Positions 1 through 14,460 of a DNA stretch of 64,000 bases are shown one piece after another (position 1 is the stretch's first letter; the number at the start of each line of letters is the position of its first letter). Source of the stretch: Octopus vulgaris (lineage: Eukaryota); the NCBI GenBank assembly GCA_951406725.2, contig OX597831.1, positions 81,530,001-81,594,000 on the forward strand, in the 5' to 3' direction. Made by a program: the position numbers and the translations under genes. The notes under the pieces were generated by a model that searched no databases, was not told the origin of the DNA, and saw only the letters and a program-made list of their open reading frames with translations.

Positions 1-815
1 GTCTAATGCATTGTTCTGTATATAAAAAAAGTATGGTGTGATTTGAGGGAGACTTGGATACCATTTCTAGCACGGTGAGCCAACAGAAGAGGTTACCTCG
101 TTGGTTCATCAACAGAAACTTTGCTCTTATACAGAGTGTCGAACAAAATTTAGCATTCACAAGATTTGAGCTTCTTTATAGAAGCTTTCAGGTAGGGAGC
201 TTGAAAAGGAATCGAACCAGCGTCCTAAAGATGGCTTGTATAAAGCAAGCACCAATGTAGGCAGCGTACACACACACACACACACTCACGTATCAACAAA
301 CATATGCCCACATACACTCATGCAAAGATATACACACACGAACATAGACACGCTTCGACATGAAGTTGAAGCAAAAACACGTGTATACACACACATAGAA
401 ACACACACACACACACACACACACACACCCACACACACACGTACACATACACACACACATACACACACGTACACACACACACGTACACATATACACGTAC
501 ATTCTCATACACATGTGCGCGCGTGTGTAAATAGATTTATTTCTGCGCTTATAAGATCACAACGTGTGCAAACAAGCATGCACATCCGTGCATACATTTA
601 TTTATAATATCTTCTAAACATCTATATATATACACACCATACAGACACACACAAACGCCTAAACAGATCTATAGATGTATATACGCATATGTGTATATAT
701 ATATATGTGTGGTGTGAGAGTACACACACATGCACACAGGCATACATATATATTTATGTATGTATATATATAAATGTATATTATATAAACGTATATATCA
801 TAATATAATATATAT

Positions 816-1192
816 TCTTTTATTCTTTTATTTGTTTCAGTCATTTGACTGCGGCCATGCTGGAGTACCGCCTTTAGTCGAACAAATCGACCCTAGAACT
901 TATTCTTTGTAAGCCTAGCCTAGTACTTATTCTATCGTTCTCTTTTGTCGAACCGCTAAGTTACGGGGACGTAAACACCAACATCGATAGCGGGAGGCAA
1001 ACACAGACACACAAACATATATATAAATACGACGGGCTTCTTTCAGTTTCCGTCTACCAAATCCACTCACAAGGTTTTGGTTGGCACGAGGCTCTAGTAG
1101 AAGACACTTACCCAAGGTGGCATGCAGTGGGACTGAACCCGGAACTATGTGGTTGGTAAGCAAGCTACTTACCACACCGCCACTCCTGCGCC
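816..1192 (-). mobile_element. tRNA-derived SINE, family A (octopus OK/OR-type), near full length
   Basis: The minus strand starts GGCGCAGGAGTGGCGGTGTGG (A box) and has GGTTCAGTCCC (B box). A CORE-like CCTTGGGTAAGTGTCTT follows, then an internal (TA)/(TG) tract and the tail GCATGGCCGCAGTCAAATGACTGAAACAA. It matches copies at 7457, 18639 and 44335. Confidence 0.9.
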
Positions 1193-1252
1193 TATAAATG
1201 TGTGTGTGTCTGTGTGTATGTGCGTGTGTGTGTGTGTGTGTGTGTGAGTATC

Positions 1253-1292
<40 letters not shown>

Positions 1293-1862
1293 TAATAATT
1301 ATATATATATATACACACACATGTGTATATATGTATGTATATCTGTATACACATTTTGATATACGTAAATAGATGCCTACCTCGGCAGATATTGCCAGCC
1401 AAGAAATACGTTTCAAGTGAAGTAAATCGAAGCGAGACGAACGTGTGCTATTTAATGTTAATTCAGTAATTACACCGCCATCAACTTCAGCGCAGGGTCT
1501 TTTATTCCGTCATTAGTTTGGACATTAATCAAAGAATCGCGTCTTGGGCTGGACTTAAATTCTACTTTACTGGCACCATGTTCTTGTGCTAAACTCTCCT
1601 AAATACAATTAAAACTATATGTCATTAGTTGTGTGCGTATAAGTGTGTTAATGATGTGTATGCATGCAAATGTATATATGTATGTATATATACACATATA
1701 TAGACATATATGCATACAAATGTATATGTGTATATATATATACATATATATATAGACATATATATTCATATATATATGGACGCAGATATGTGTGTATACC
1801 ATTATTTGTTGTGTAATACATATGATATCATTTACTAATTTGTGTAATAGTCAGACGTATAA

Positions 1863-2330
1863 TACGATGGGCTGCGCTACAAACTTTTCGTCACGAGTTC
1901 ATTTCTGCCCCCAGCAGTTTCTTGTTTCTCTGTCTACAGGTGCTATGGAAAAGTTACCGGACTAGTTCTGTAGCGCGCCAACAGATAGCAGCAGACAGTT
2001 GCGAGCGCAGCGACCTCCATGAGATAGTGTGTCGAGTGACGTTGCTGTGTTTACTTCACATGTTGCGAATTTTGTACTTTTGTGATCACGTGTGTATACT
2101 GTAGTCTGCGATTTTGTCATGGACAGGAATAAAGAGCCAACGGGAAATTTTGCGTTAAAACTAGGAAGTCTGCTGCAGAGACATTGAGCATGCTTCAGCA
2201 AGCTTACGGTGGCGAGGCAATGGGTATCAGGTAATGTTTCGAGAGGCACGGGCGCTTTAAAATATCGTTTCTGGAAGACTTGCCACGAGCGTCACCCCCG
2301 GAAATGTGGTTTTGTGCATCGTAGGATATT
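1863..2330 (+). mobile_element. Decayed mariner transposon 5' part (N-terminal HTH of transposase)
   Basis: From ATG at about 2119 the frameshifted reading is MDRNKE..KFCVKLGKSAAETLSMLQQAYGGEAMG..CFE.HGRFK, which matches the mariner transposase N-terminus. Confidence 0.75.
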
Positions 2331-2830
2331 ACATTTTCTAGTCCTTATCACCTAAATGGGGGAAACTTGGGATCTGTAGAAAGAACGCCCTATTCAATTG
2401 GAGGTAATGAATAACACTTGGACATGCGAAGAATGCTATGATAGTAATTAAAAGACCGATGTGTTGAGTTGAATGACGACTTGGCATTTACTCAAGAATC
2501 AGTCCAGAGAATTCGAAGCACAAACTTGATTCCAGATAAAATGGTTTAATTAGACTGTGATCCAGTCTGAGTCTTAGAGTACGCGAGTAATTTCTCCAGA
2601 TACTCAGTAAAATAACGAGAAGTATGAATTGCTCCTTATCAGTTTTACAGCAAAGAGATAACCCTCCCCCACTCAGTTACTGGTACTCGGAGTTCTTAGC
2701 GACTGATTTCTCTGGATTATGGGCACTCACATAGTGCCTTTGTCAGGAAATGAACTATGGCCCTGTCAGTTGCTTGGTAGCCAAACTGCACGTCTATTCA
2801 CATTGTGGTGTATGTATATATTTATGTATG

Positions 2831-3505
2831 TTATTATTCAGTTTATTTCAAGATTTCTTACCAATAGAAAAAGAGCTGGTTTCTAACCTAGATCCAAGGC
2901 TCCTTCAGTGGAATTTCAACATCAACAACAGGGTATTTTTGTTGGTATGTATGTATGTATGTATGTATGTATGTATGTATGTATGTATGTATGTATGTGC
3001 AGATTTGTATGTATGTATGTATGTATTCTCATGCATGTAGTTACATATCTGGACATGCTCATATATATTTAAATGATAAACTTTTGGAAGTTTTACAGAT
3101 TTTTACAGTTCCAGTGATGGATTAGATCTGTACTCTTGGAATTAGCTTTTTCCTTTCTGGTTTTGAGAAGCTAATGTGTTTCATATCCCAGGGCCCCAAT
3201 ACTTACAGGCATAAACCTGAACTTGTAATCGGGATAGAGTAACTGCAAATTTCCCAATAGTTCAGCGTAGGTTTTTTCCTTTCTCTGATCTTAGGCTTCA
3301 TGCTAACATCTGCTGGGGATCTGATTCCCACAACGGTACACAGTTTCTCTTCTTTTATCCTAAATCACTATGTCAGGTCTATTATTATGTTTACAACTTA
3401 TTGAGGTTTTCCCTGGGACATTCCGCCAGTATTCCTTTTTATTATGGCTTCTACCATACTGTGGGTTCTTATTTCTTTGTCTTCGGAGTTATCCTTCCGA
3501 CGGGT
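2831..3505 (-). mobile_element. 3' end of R4/Dong-clade non-LTR retrotransposon (RLE endonuclease + 3' UTR), family 2, in (CATA)n
   Basis: The minus strand reads EYWRNVPGKTSISCKHNNRPDIVI.DK.EKLCTVV...KTYAELLGNLQLLYPDYKFRFMPVSIGALGY, a PD-(D/E)xK RLE with the IGALG motif, now disrupted. A (TATG)n tract lies inside the 3' UTR and another at the 5' junction. Confidence 0.8.
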
Positions 3506-4934
3506 TTGTATGTATGTATGTATGTATGTATGTATGTATGTATGTATGTATGTATGTATGTATTGTATGTATGTATGTATGTAAGCATATATGCATGTAT
3601 GTATGTATGTATGTATTGTATTGCATGTATGTATGTAGGTATGTATGTATGTGTGTATTGTATTGCATGTATGTATGTATGTATGTATGTATGTATGTAT
3701 GTATGTATGTATGTATGTATGTATGCATATATGTATGTATGTGTGCATGTATGTATGTGTGTGTGTATGCATGCATGCTAGACAACATACAAATATATGT
3801 AAGCTAGATTGAGATGATAATTGTTTGTATTTGACGTTACTTAAATAATTAATAACGAAAACTCGTAAAAATGACTACAAGAGCCCAGTAAAATTATCCA
3901 GCAACAGAGTATATAATAGAAAAGGGGAAATAGGGAGGGACCAGCGCCTAAGACATCTTCTTCTCTCTACGAACTTATTCTGTATTGTGGTGTCCAATGT
4001 TGTTCAGTGTCAGTCGTTGCTCTGACTTCACTCCAAGTTGGTCAAGGGAGACTATTCCCACACACATTGCATTTGCATTATCTCATATGAATTTATTATG
4101 GTTTGAAGGAGAACAAGAAACTGCTGCGTCTCTTAACCCCAGTTAGTTCTAAATAGAGTTAAAGAGTGGCATTGAGGGGCATTAACTGGTATTATTGTCA
4201 GGAAGGTGTCACAGACTAATCCAAGACGTCATTAGTAAAGATGCTGCTGCTAATAATAATAATAATAATAATACTGATAGTAGTGTAATAAACTAGCACT
4301 ATGATATTACTGACAACAATAGCAACACTAATAATTTAATTATCATTAATAAAATCAGATCCTATATTTAGGCAAGATTAGAAAGCAAATCCTCGAACAC
4401 ACACATATTAAGACACAAAAAAGCACACACACTCACACACACAGTTACACGCGCGCGCGTACACACATTCACTCACACACACTCAATCATACACATGCGC
4501 CTGCACACACACGGTCACACACACATTCACTCGCACACTCACACTCACTCACACACAGTCACACACACACACACACGCATATACTAGTAGTTACATAGTT
4601 ACACAATTCCGTACCCATGTACTCACGGAAAACATGAAAGGTAAACCTGACATGAAGGTGTAATCTGTCGGACAGATCGATTGCTGTAGAAGTTGATTGC
4701 TGACAAAGTGTGGGGTGGGAGAGTGGAGATCGATTGTCAGGTAAGATAATTGGCCGACAAACGAGGAAGTGAAATAAGAGAGCAGTAAACCCACGGATTT
4801 TTCTCTTTGGTTCTTGACCAGAGAACAGCTTCTATTGTACACATTACACCCATAATTTATCAAATATCATGTACATACATGCATAAATACATACATACAT
4901 ACATACATACATACATACATGCATAAATACATAC

Positions 4935-5488
4935 ATTGTGGTCACGTGATCAAAGTTTGACCCTGATCGCACTATTTTTCTTTCTGGCTTTATAGTGTAA
5001 ACATGGACGCTCCGCAAGGAATGTGCACCGAAGGACAAAGAGCAGTAATCCGAGAGATGATAATGGCGAAGCAGTTCACCATTTATTCGAGCTTGCTGAA
5101 TCTTGTCAGTGGTGGAGGTTGACGAGCGTCCTGCACTCTCTTCGAGTGTCACTCTTGCCTGGTCACTTTTAAACTTCTCAATCCGACCATGCCTACTTCA
5201 ACACGGTAGTGCAACTGTCACCATATTGTGCTAAAAAGCCTCCAATGAATTGCAGCACCTGACACACCTTCCGATCAGAGAAATCAGATCCCTGCTCTTT
5301 GTTCTTCTATGGTGCACATTGCTAGGAGAACGGCCATGCTTACACCGTAAAGCCAGAAAGAAAAATGGTGCAATGAGGTTCAATCTTCGATCACATGACC
5401 ACAATAATACCAAATATGAGCTCACATGCGCAGAAGGCAGTGTGACAATAATAAAGATATGTCATGGGGAAAGTGCGGATAATTTTGG

Positions 5489-5492
<4 letters not shown>
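4935..5492. mobile_element. Mariner-derived element made of two inward-facing 5' ends
   Basis: 4935-5051 (+) and 5283-5405 (-) are diverged inverted copies that include the transposase start (MDAP..MCT.E.QRAVIR and MAVLLAMCTIEEQRAGI). The minus strand continues IEKFKSDQARVTLEESAGRSSTSTTDKI. A TIR-like CCAAAATTATCCGCACTTT lies at the right end next to (TA)n. Confidence 0.75.
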
Positions 5493-5532
<40 letters not shown>

Positions 5533-5843
5533 ATAAATAAATAAATGGAGTTGAACGAAGATAATTCTTTTACTTTCGACATGTTTTTCGAAGACAACTT
5601 GGTTTTATTCCAAAGGAATAATCGGTGTAATATGCAATCTTCTTATCAGGAAAGAAAGAGAGCCTCTCTCAACAACAAGACATTATAACATTTACGATGG
5701 CTGCCTACATGATCTTTCCTGATGAGAAGATTGCATCTTACACCGTTTATTCCTTTGGAATAAAACCATGCTGTCTTCGAAACATATGTCGAAAGTAAAG
5801 GAATTTTATTAACATCTTCGTTCAACTCCATTTATTTATTTAT
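5533..5843. mobile_element. Fold-back Penelope pLTR mini-element
   Basis: Inverted arms of about 125 bp (5533-5655 and 5713-5843), adjacent to (TA)n. Each arm contains a hammerhead motif. Confidence 0.8.
5714..5795 (+). ncRNA. Minimal type I hammerhead ribozyme, canonical core
   Basis: CTTTC-CTGATGA-GAAGA...TCTTC-GAAA-C-ATAT-G-TC|GAAAG. Stem I (CTTTC/GAAAG) and stem II (GAAGA/TCTTC) pair, and stem III is minimal with a palindromic loop. Predicted GUC cleavage is after 5790. Confidence 0.85.
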
Positions 5844-5995
5844 TCATCTGTAACACACAAATTACTGCACATTAACCCGGAGTTTCTACCTTTGAATAGG
5901 TCGCTTCAACCGAGTTTCTGACGTGAATTTGCTATCCTGGTAACGGTTCATTGAATTGTCCATGTTAACAGTAAACATAGAATAATTCATTCACC

Positions 5996-6049
<54 letters not shown>

Positions 6050-6900
6050 CATTCATATGTATATTTGTTATAACACACACACATACATACACACACTTAT
6101 ATTTCTGAACTATATAAGCATCACTTCCATTCTAATAAAGCTCTCCGTTTGAACATTCACAGCGAAGATGAAACTACCAGGCACCGTGAGTTACTGAATG
6201 TGAGCTATTGAACTTTCTGGCACCCATTATATAATACCTGTTATACTGAAACCATGACTGCGGTTTCAGTATAAAGCTGTGTTTGACTGCAGACATTCTA
6301 TAAATCAACATACATTTAGAATAAGCTCAGAGCACAGCATAAATCATGCGTGAGATGAAAGAATTGGTCATCTAATATTTAAAAACAAAATAATATCAGG
6401 GTTCTTAACTACGATGGAACCCATTGGCGTCTGTTTGATCCTTTGTTTACCCTTCAACTAAACCCTTCTTACTCTGCTTCCCCCTTACAGAAAACTACTT
6501 GTTAATTAGACATGCATCTCAGATATATTCAAATAAAACACTATTCACATATCCGTAGGTACTTTCCTTGACCCTTCCATCGGCAAGGACCCCCAACCCC
6601 AGACTATTCATGCCTGAAATATTCTCATATTGATATTTGTATTTGTATTTATCTATATTTTTATACTTGTGTTTTACCGGTCTTAGAATTCATTCATAAC
6701 CCCAACGCACTTGAACAATGCCATTGTTTTTAATTAGATGACCAATTAATTTGCTGGGTCAACTCTGAAACCATGGATTATATTAACACCTTAATTTAAG
6801 TCCTTACTTTACCTTTCCTTACTATGTCTATCACATTATTTTATTTTACTCTACTCTATTTTTAACTGACTTTTACACATGTTAGTTCCCTAACATTTGG

Positions 6901-7034
6901 ACCATCTGAAGAAGCCTAGGGGCACATCCATTATCCAAACTCTATCCACTGTCTATTCATCCCTATATATCATTGACGTGATGAAGATAACTTGGAAGTT
7001 TTTGTTGCCTCATGGTAGAAACGGCCGTAAGGGA
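6901..7034 (+). ncRNA. Hammerhead ribozyme motif with long stem II, partly decayed
   Basis: CCAT-CTGAAGA-agcctaggggca...tgcctcatggta-GAAAC-GGCC-GTA-AGGG. The core is intact; stem I has one mismatch and the base of stem II is imperfect. Confidence 0.6.
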
Positions 7035-7402
7035 TTTGTACCTGTACACTCATCTATTATTATTCATTTGTTTATATATATATATATCTGTTTATGCAGT
7101 TATTGACTTACTTCATTCGTTAATTTGTATCACTCACACATATGTTTTTAATCATTTAATAAACAGACATAACATAATGCTTACTAGCTGATGTTTGCCG
7201 ATTGTATATCCTCCCCACTTTCTTATTTGGCTTATAAATCCTGGGTAAATTTCTAATTTACCCCCACCCATACTTAAAACCTAATTGCGATATTGCTATG
7301 CAATTGTAAGCACTTGGTTATAAATAATTAGGTACGCATCCAGTAGTGTATTGGATACTTAATACCCCTTAGGTGGTTTCTTAACCTCGAAATCATACAG
7401 AA

Positions 7403-7449
<47 letters not shown>

Positions 7450-7456
7450 AACATAT

Positions 7457-7776
7457 GGCGCAGGAGTGGCTGTGTGGTAAGTAGTTTGCTTACCAACCAC
7501 ATGGTTCCGGGTTCAGCCCACTGCGTGGCATCTTAGCCAAGTGTCTTCTACTATAGCCTCGGGCTGACCAAAACCTTGGGAGTGGATTCGGTAGACGAAA
7601 ACTGAAAGAAGCCTGTCATATACATATATATATATATATATATATATGTTTGTGTGTCTGTGTTTGTCCCCCCACCATCACTTGACAACCAATGTTGGTG
7701 TGTTTACGTCCCCGTAACCTAGCAGTTCGAGTGAAGGGAAGATAGAATAATTACTAGGCTTACAAAGAACAAGTCC
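7457..7776 (+). mobile_element. SINE family A, 3' truncated
   Basis: GGCGCAGGAGTGGCTGTGTGG head and GGTTCAGCCC B box. Body matches the 18639 copy. Confidence 0.9.
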
Positions 7777-7805
7777 TTTTACACACACGCGCGCACACAC
7801 ACATA

Positions 7806-7997
7806 GTAAATAACCCCCAAAAACGAAGAACAAACAAGAAAAAAAACAACGGGAGGACGTGGTACATGCAAAGTATTAGCAGACGCTCAAGGAAGGAAAG
7901 AAAGGTGGCTTTACATTTCGAGCAAAACTCTTCTTCAAAAACAGAAGACAGAGGAAAGTCCAAGAGAAAAGGAAGACGGGGGAAAAATCGCCAACGA
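7806..7997 (-). mobile_element. Penelope-type pLTR fragment with decayed minimal HHR
   Basis: The minus strand has TTTGAAGA-AGAG-TTTTG-CTC-GAAATGTAAA, a degenerate CTGAAGA..GAAACGTA. A pyrimidine-rich pLTR-like tail follows, ending at a (CA)n tract. Confidence 0.55.
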
Positions 7998-8260
7998 TTT
8001 CAGTTTCTGTCTACCAAATCCATTCACAAGACTGAACGTGTATGTATATCTGTGTTTGTGTATGTCCCCTACCACCGTTTCACAACCGGGGTTGGTGTGT
8101 TTATGTCATTTTAAATTAGCGGTTCAACAAAAGAAACCGACGGAACAAGTATCAGGCTGAAAAATAATTTCTGTGGTCGACTCGTTCGAGTAAAATTCTT
8201 CAAGGCGATCTCCAAGCTAGGCCGCAGTCTCATGACCGAAATCAATGGATATAAAAGATA
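7998..8260. mobile_element. Rearranged SINE family A remnant
   Basis: About 40 bp of the SINE 5' body in minus orientation, followed by the 3' half in plus orientation (GGCCGCAGTCTCATGACCGAAA tail). Confidence 0.6.
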
Positions 8261-9030
8261 GAACATTTGTCAGTAACAGATACTCAAATACGCTAATAGA
8301 TCAAGCTATAGAATAACAACACATAGTCGCTCATATTCCCAGTCAAACGGCACATGTCGCACATGTAGCACACACTACATGAACCAAATAGAACACGTGT
8401 CATATCATAAATTAAATCTTAAAATGTATTTCAAAGCATAAAAATTAATATTCTTTTCATCAACACGAAGTCACAAACGTACAAACTACAGAGAATATTT
8501 CAGTCATCCAATGTAATATATAAATTTCAATGTAAACATCAAAGTTGCAAATATCACGACTCAAACTGTTATATCAGACTAACAATAACGACTTTTTCTC
8601 GTCGACATTTACAACAAGAAGCCATTATGAGACACGTTATACAGAACAGGAAACAAAATAGAAAATTATTTATCGATAACACATCTATCTCAGACTGGTT
8701 TTCACAGAACTAAAACAGACTTGATAATTAAGACAAAAATGTATTAATACTCAATAATTAATGAATATGTAACGAGACAATCTTAATATCAGAACACAGC
8801 AAAACATTGGGATAATATCAGTGTTAAACACTATTAAATAACGGTGTTGATGATGTCATTTACTATTTAATACAAAATATGAGACAACATGCGGATACTA
8901 ATACTTCCTTCAGAAGATCAGAACGAGAACCTCTCCAGTGACTAAGCTACTTACGAACACAATTGTTCTGAGGAAACTTAAGACAGTATGAGAAATCATT
9001 AAGAAAAATATTGTCTTAGAAATAAGAACT

Positions 9031-9073
<43 letters not shown>

Positions 9074-9401
9074 TACATATACAGAGAAATAAAACTCATT
9101 GTATATCATGTATATATAATATACTGTAATGTGCTTTATACATATGTATATCGACAAATATAAGATCGATAGATATAAGTATCATGCGCACACACACACG
9201 CATACATATATCTATACGTATATACACGCAGATAGATAGATATATACACATATGATACATATATCTATCGATATTTATTACTATGTATACACATGTATGA
9301 ATGTATATCTGCAGATACTTTTATATGTGTGTGTGCGTGCGGGTGTATGCATATATATATATATATATAATTAAAATAAGCAACAAGAATGACTCCGGTA
9401 A

Positions 9402-9485
9402 TTTGGTACAATTGTTTCACACTACATCATTTTATTAAAAGTTGTATTACAACAGATTTAAGATGCTGAGTGCTCATCATCCAAT
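9402..9485 (-). ncRNA. Hammerhead ribozyme motif with C3A core change
   Basis: Minus strand: TTGG-ATGATGA-GCACT...AGTGT-GAAAC-AATT-GTA-CCAA. All three stems pair, and the motif lies about 30 bp from a (TA)n tract. Confidence 0.7.
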
Positions 9486-10107
9486 TAAATAGGTTTTCCA
9501 TTAATACAAAAGCTTTCAAATCAAGTAGCAACATTATAGAGAAGGTAGATATATAGACAAAGATGTAGATTTAAATTTTAAGAACATATGAGGTAGTGAA
9601 GTCCACTGACTGACCAAGCTATGGCTGTATCTAACAGTTAGATACACACGGATGCACGTATATATAATTCTATATGCATATATGTGAGAGAACCTGTTTT
9701 GATCTAAGTATGTATGTTCCGTGCAACGTGTATGGTACATATTTATGCGATATAGTATACGATAATATAACATAAAAGCATTGTATAACGCCTAGATATC
9801 TAGCAGGTAAATGTTAACATACATACCTGTCTCATACTAATGTATATACACATTTGTGAAAGTATATAACAAAATAAAATGCATATCAATGAGGTATGTT
9901 ATACCTGCCGTACAAATGGACTTCATATGTTACACGCATTTGAATGTATCGTATTATATATATTTAAACTGGTATATAATAAAGAAGTGACATAGGCAGG
10001 CATGATTCACCTCCCATATAGCTTCACTTTTATGGTTCATGCGGTGCGTGTGTGTATGTAGATATACAGACATACACATACATACAAACAGACAGACAGG
10101 ACGGTCT

Positions 10108-10232
10108 TCTAATTTCCAAATCCACCCTTGCGGCTATACTAGAAAACACTTGCTTAAGATGCCACGTAGCGGGAGTGAACACAAAATCATGTGGTTGGGA
10201 AGCAAGTTTCTTACCATATAGCCACAATGCCT
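10108..10232 (-). mobile_element. SINE family A head fragment, diverged
   Basis: Minus strand TGTGGCTATATGGTAAGAAACTTGCTTCCCAACCACATGA...GCATCTTAAGCAAGTGTTTTCTAGTATAGCC. Confidence 0.7.
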
Positions 10233-10245
10233 ATATATGTTTATG

Positions 10246-13135
<2,890 letters not shown>

Positions 13136-13517
13136 TATATCAATGTAGATGTGTTCCGTCTTTCTGCTTGTGATGTTTTCACTTTCATCTTTCCGATGAT
13201 TGTTAGGAATGACACATACAATAAAGAATATATATATTAATAAAATACTTAAAATGAAATAAAATGAGATTTGTTAATGCTTCGAGAATCATGACCTGTG
13301 GTAGTTTTTCAAGTCTCTTAAATCTCGGTTTCAAATACCGCAATGGAAAATTTTGAATTTGATACTTCCAGGATCGATCACATATCTGTTGGTGTTTTAC
13401 ACGATGCTATCTACTCACCTTTGTGCTTAAAACAGAAGCAATTACATATATATATATATATATATATATGTGCATATATATATAAATATATATATATATA
13501 TACGTTTAAATATTTGT

Positions 13518-13556
13518 TAAACTGGCAATATGACCATTCCGAAATATAACAATATA
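13518..13556 (+). mobile_element. Tiny pLTR/ORF-start fragment of the Neptune-like PLE
   Basis: TAAACTGGCAATATGACCATTCCGAAATATAACAATAT (MTIPKYNNI) is nearly identical to the ORF start at 33972 (-) and about 26152 (+). Confidence 0.65.
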
Positions 13557-14321
13557 TATATATATATATATGCATATATATATGCATATATACATATATA
13601 TGCACATATATATTTATATACATGCACACACACATACATATATACATACCTACATGTATATACATATATATACATATATGTGAGTGTTTGTGTAGATACA
13701 TACATACACATACTTATATATGTTTATGTCTGCTATATACATACATAAGTGTATATGTGTGTATGTGTGTGTATAACGTTTAATTACTATTTATACTTTG
13801 TTATCACATAAGCTTCTTGATGTAGAAATTCAGTATTTCAGTAATTTAAATTTTAATAGATTATTTTTACGGTAGACATTACATCTGTTGGAAATTCTCT
13901 ATCAATTAATTAAACTGATGCATAGTAATTCGGAGATATATTTATAAACCTCAGCATTTTCATGGTGTCTGTCTTTGTAAACTAATATTTATGTGTGTGT
14001 GTGTGTATATATAAGCGTAGGTGAACGTGTGTCTCTCTATGAGCACATATGTGTGTGTGTGTATGTTTGTGTGTATTTGTATGTATGTATGTATGTACGC
14101 ATAAATTTAAATATATTTCACACACATAGATTTATATTCAAATATTCCTGTCTATTAAGGAAAACTTATATATGCATATTTGTGTTATATTTAACTTTAT
14201 ACATGCTGGTCTTTATATACATATACATATATACATACATGCATACATACATACATACATACATACATACATACATACATACATACATACATACATACAT
14301 ACACACATATATATATATATA

Positions 14322-14460
14322 TATGTTTTGGGATTTGGTTTGCAAGATTCTTTATGTGAGTTCGTGTGTTGAAGCATATCCTGTTCTGTCTGGGGACAGT
14401 CATTTTCTTTTTGTACCTTATAATGTAACTCACTCACCGGTAAAATTTCCACTTATTTAT
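14322..14460 (-). mobile_element. pLTR/ORF-start fragment of a related PLE subfamily
   Basis: Encodes MTVPRQNRICFNTRTHIKNLANQI, paralogous to [24 protein letters not shown]. Ends in (TA)n. Confidence 0.65.

Noticed and set aside
2375-2802. Possible solo LTR (TG...CA with weak terminal inverted similarity)
   Set aside because: No TSD, PBS/PPT or second copy in the window.
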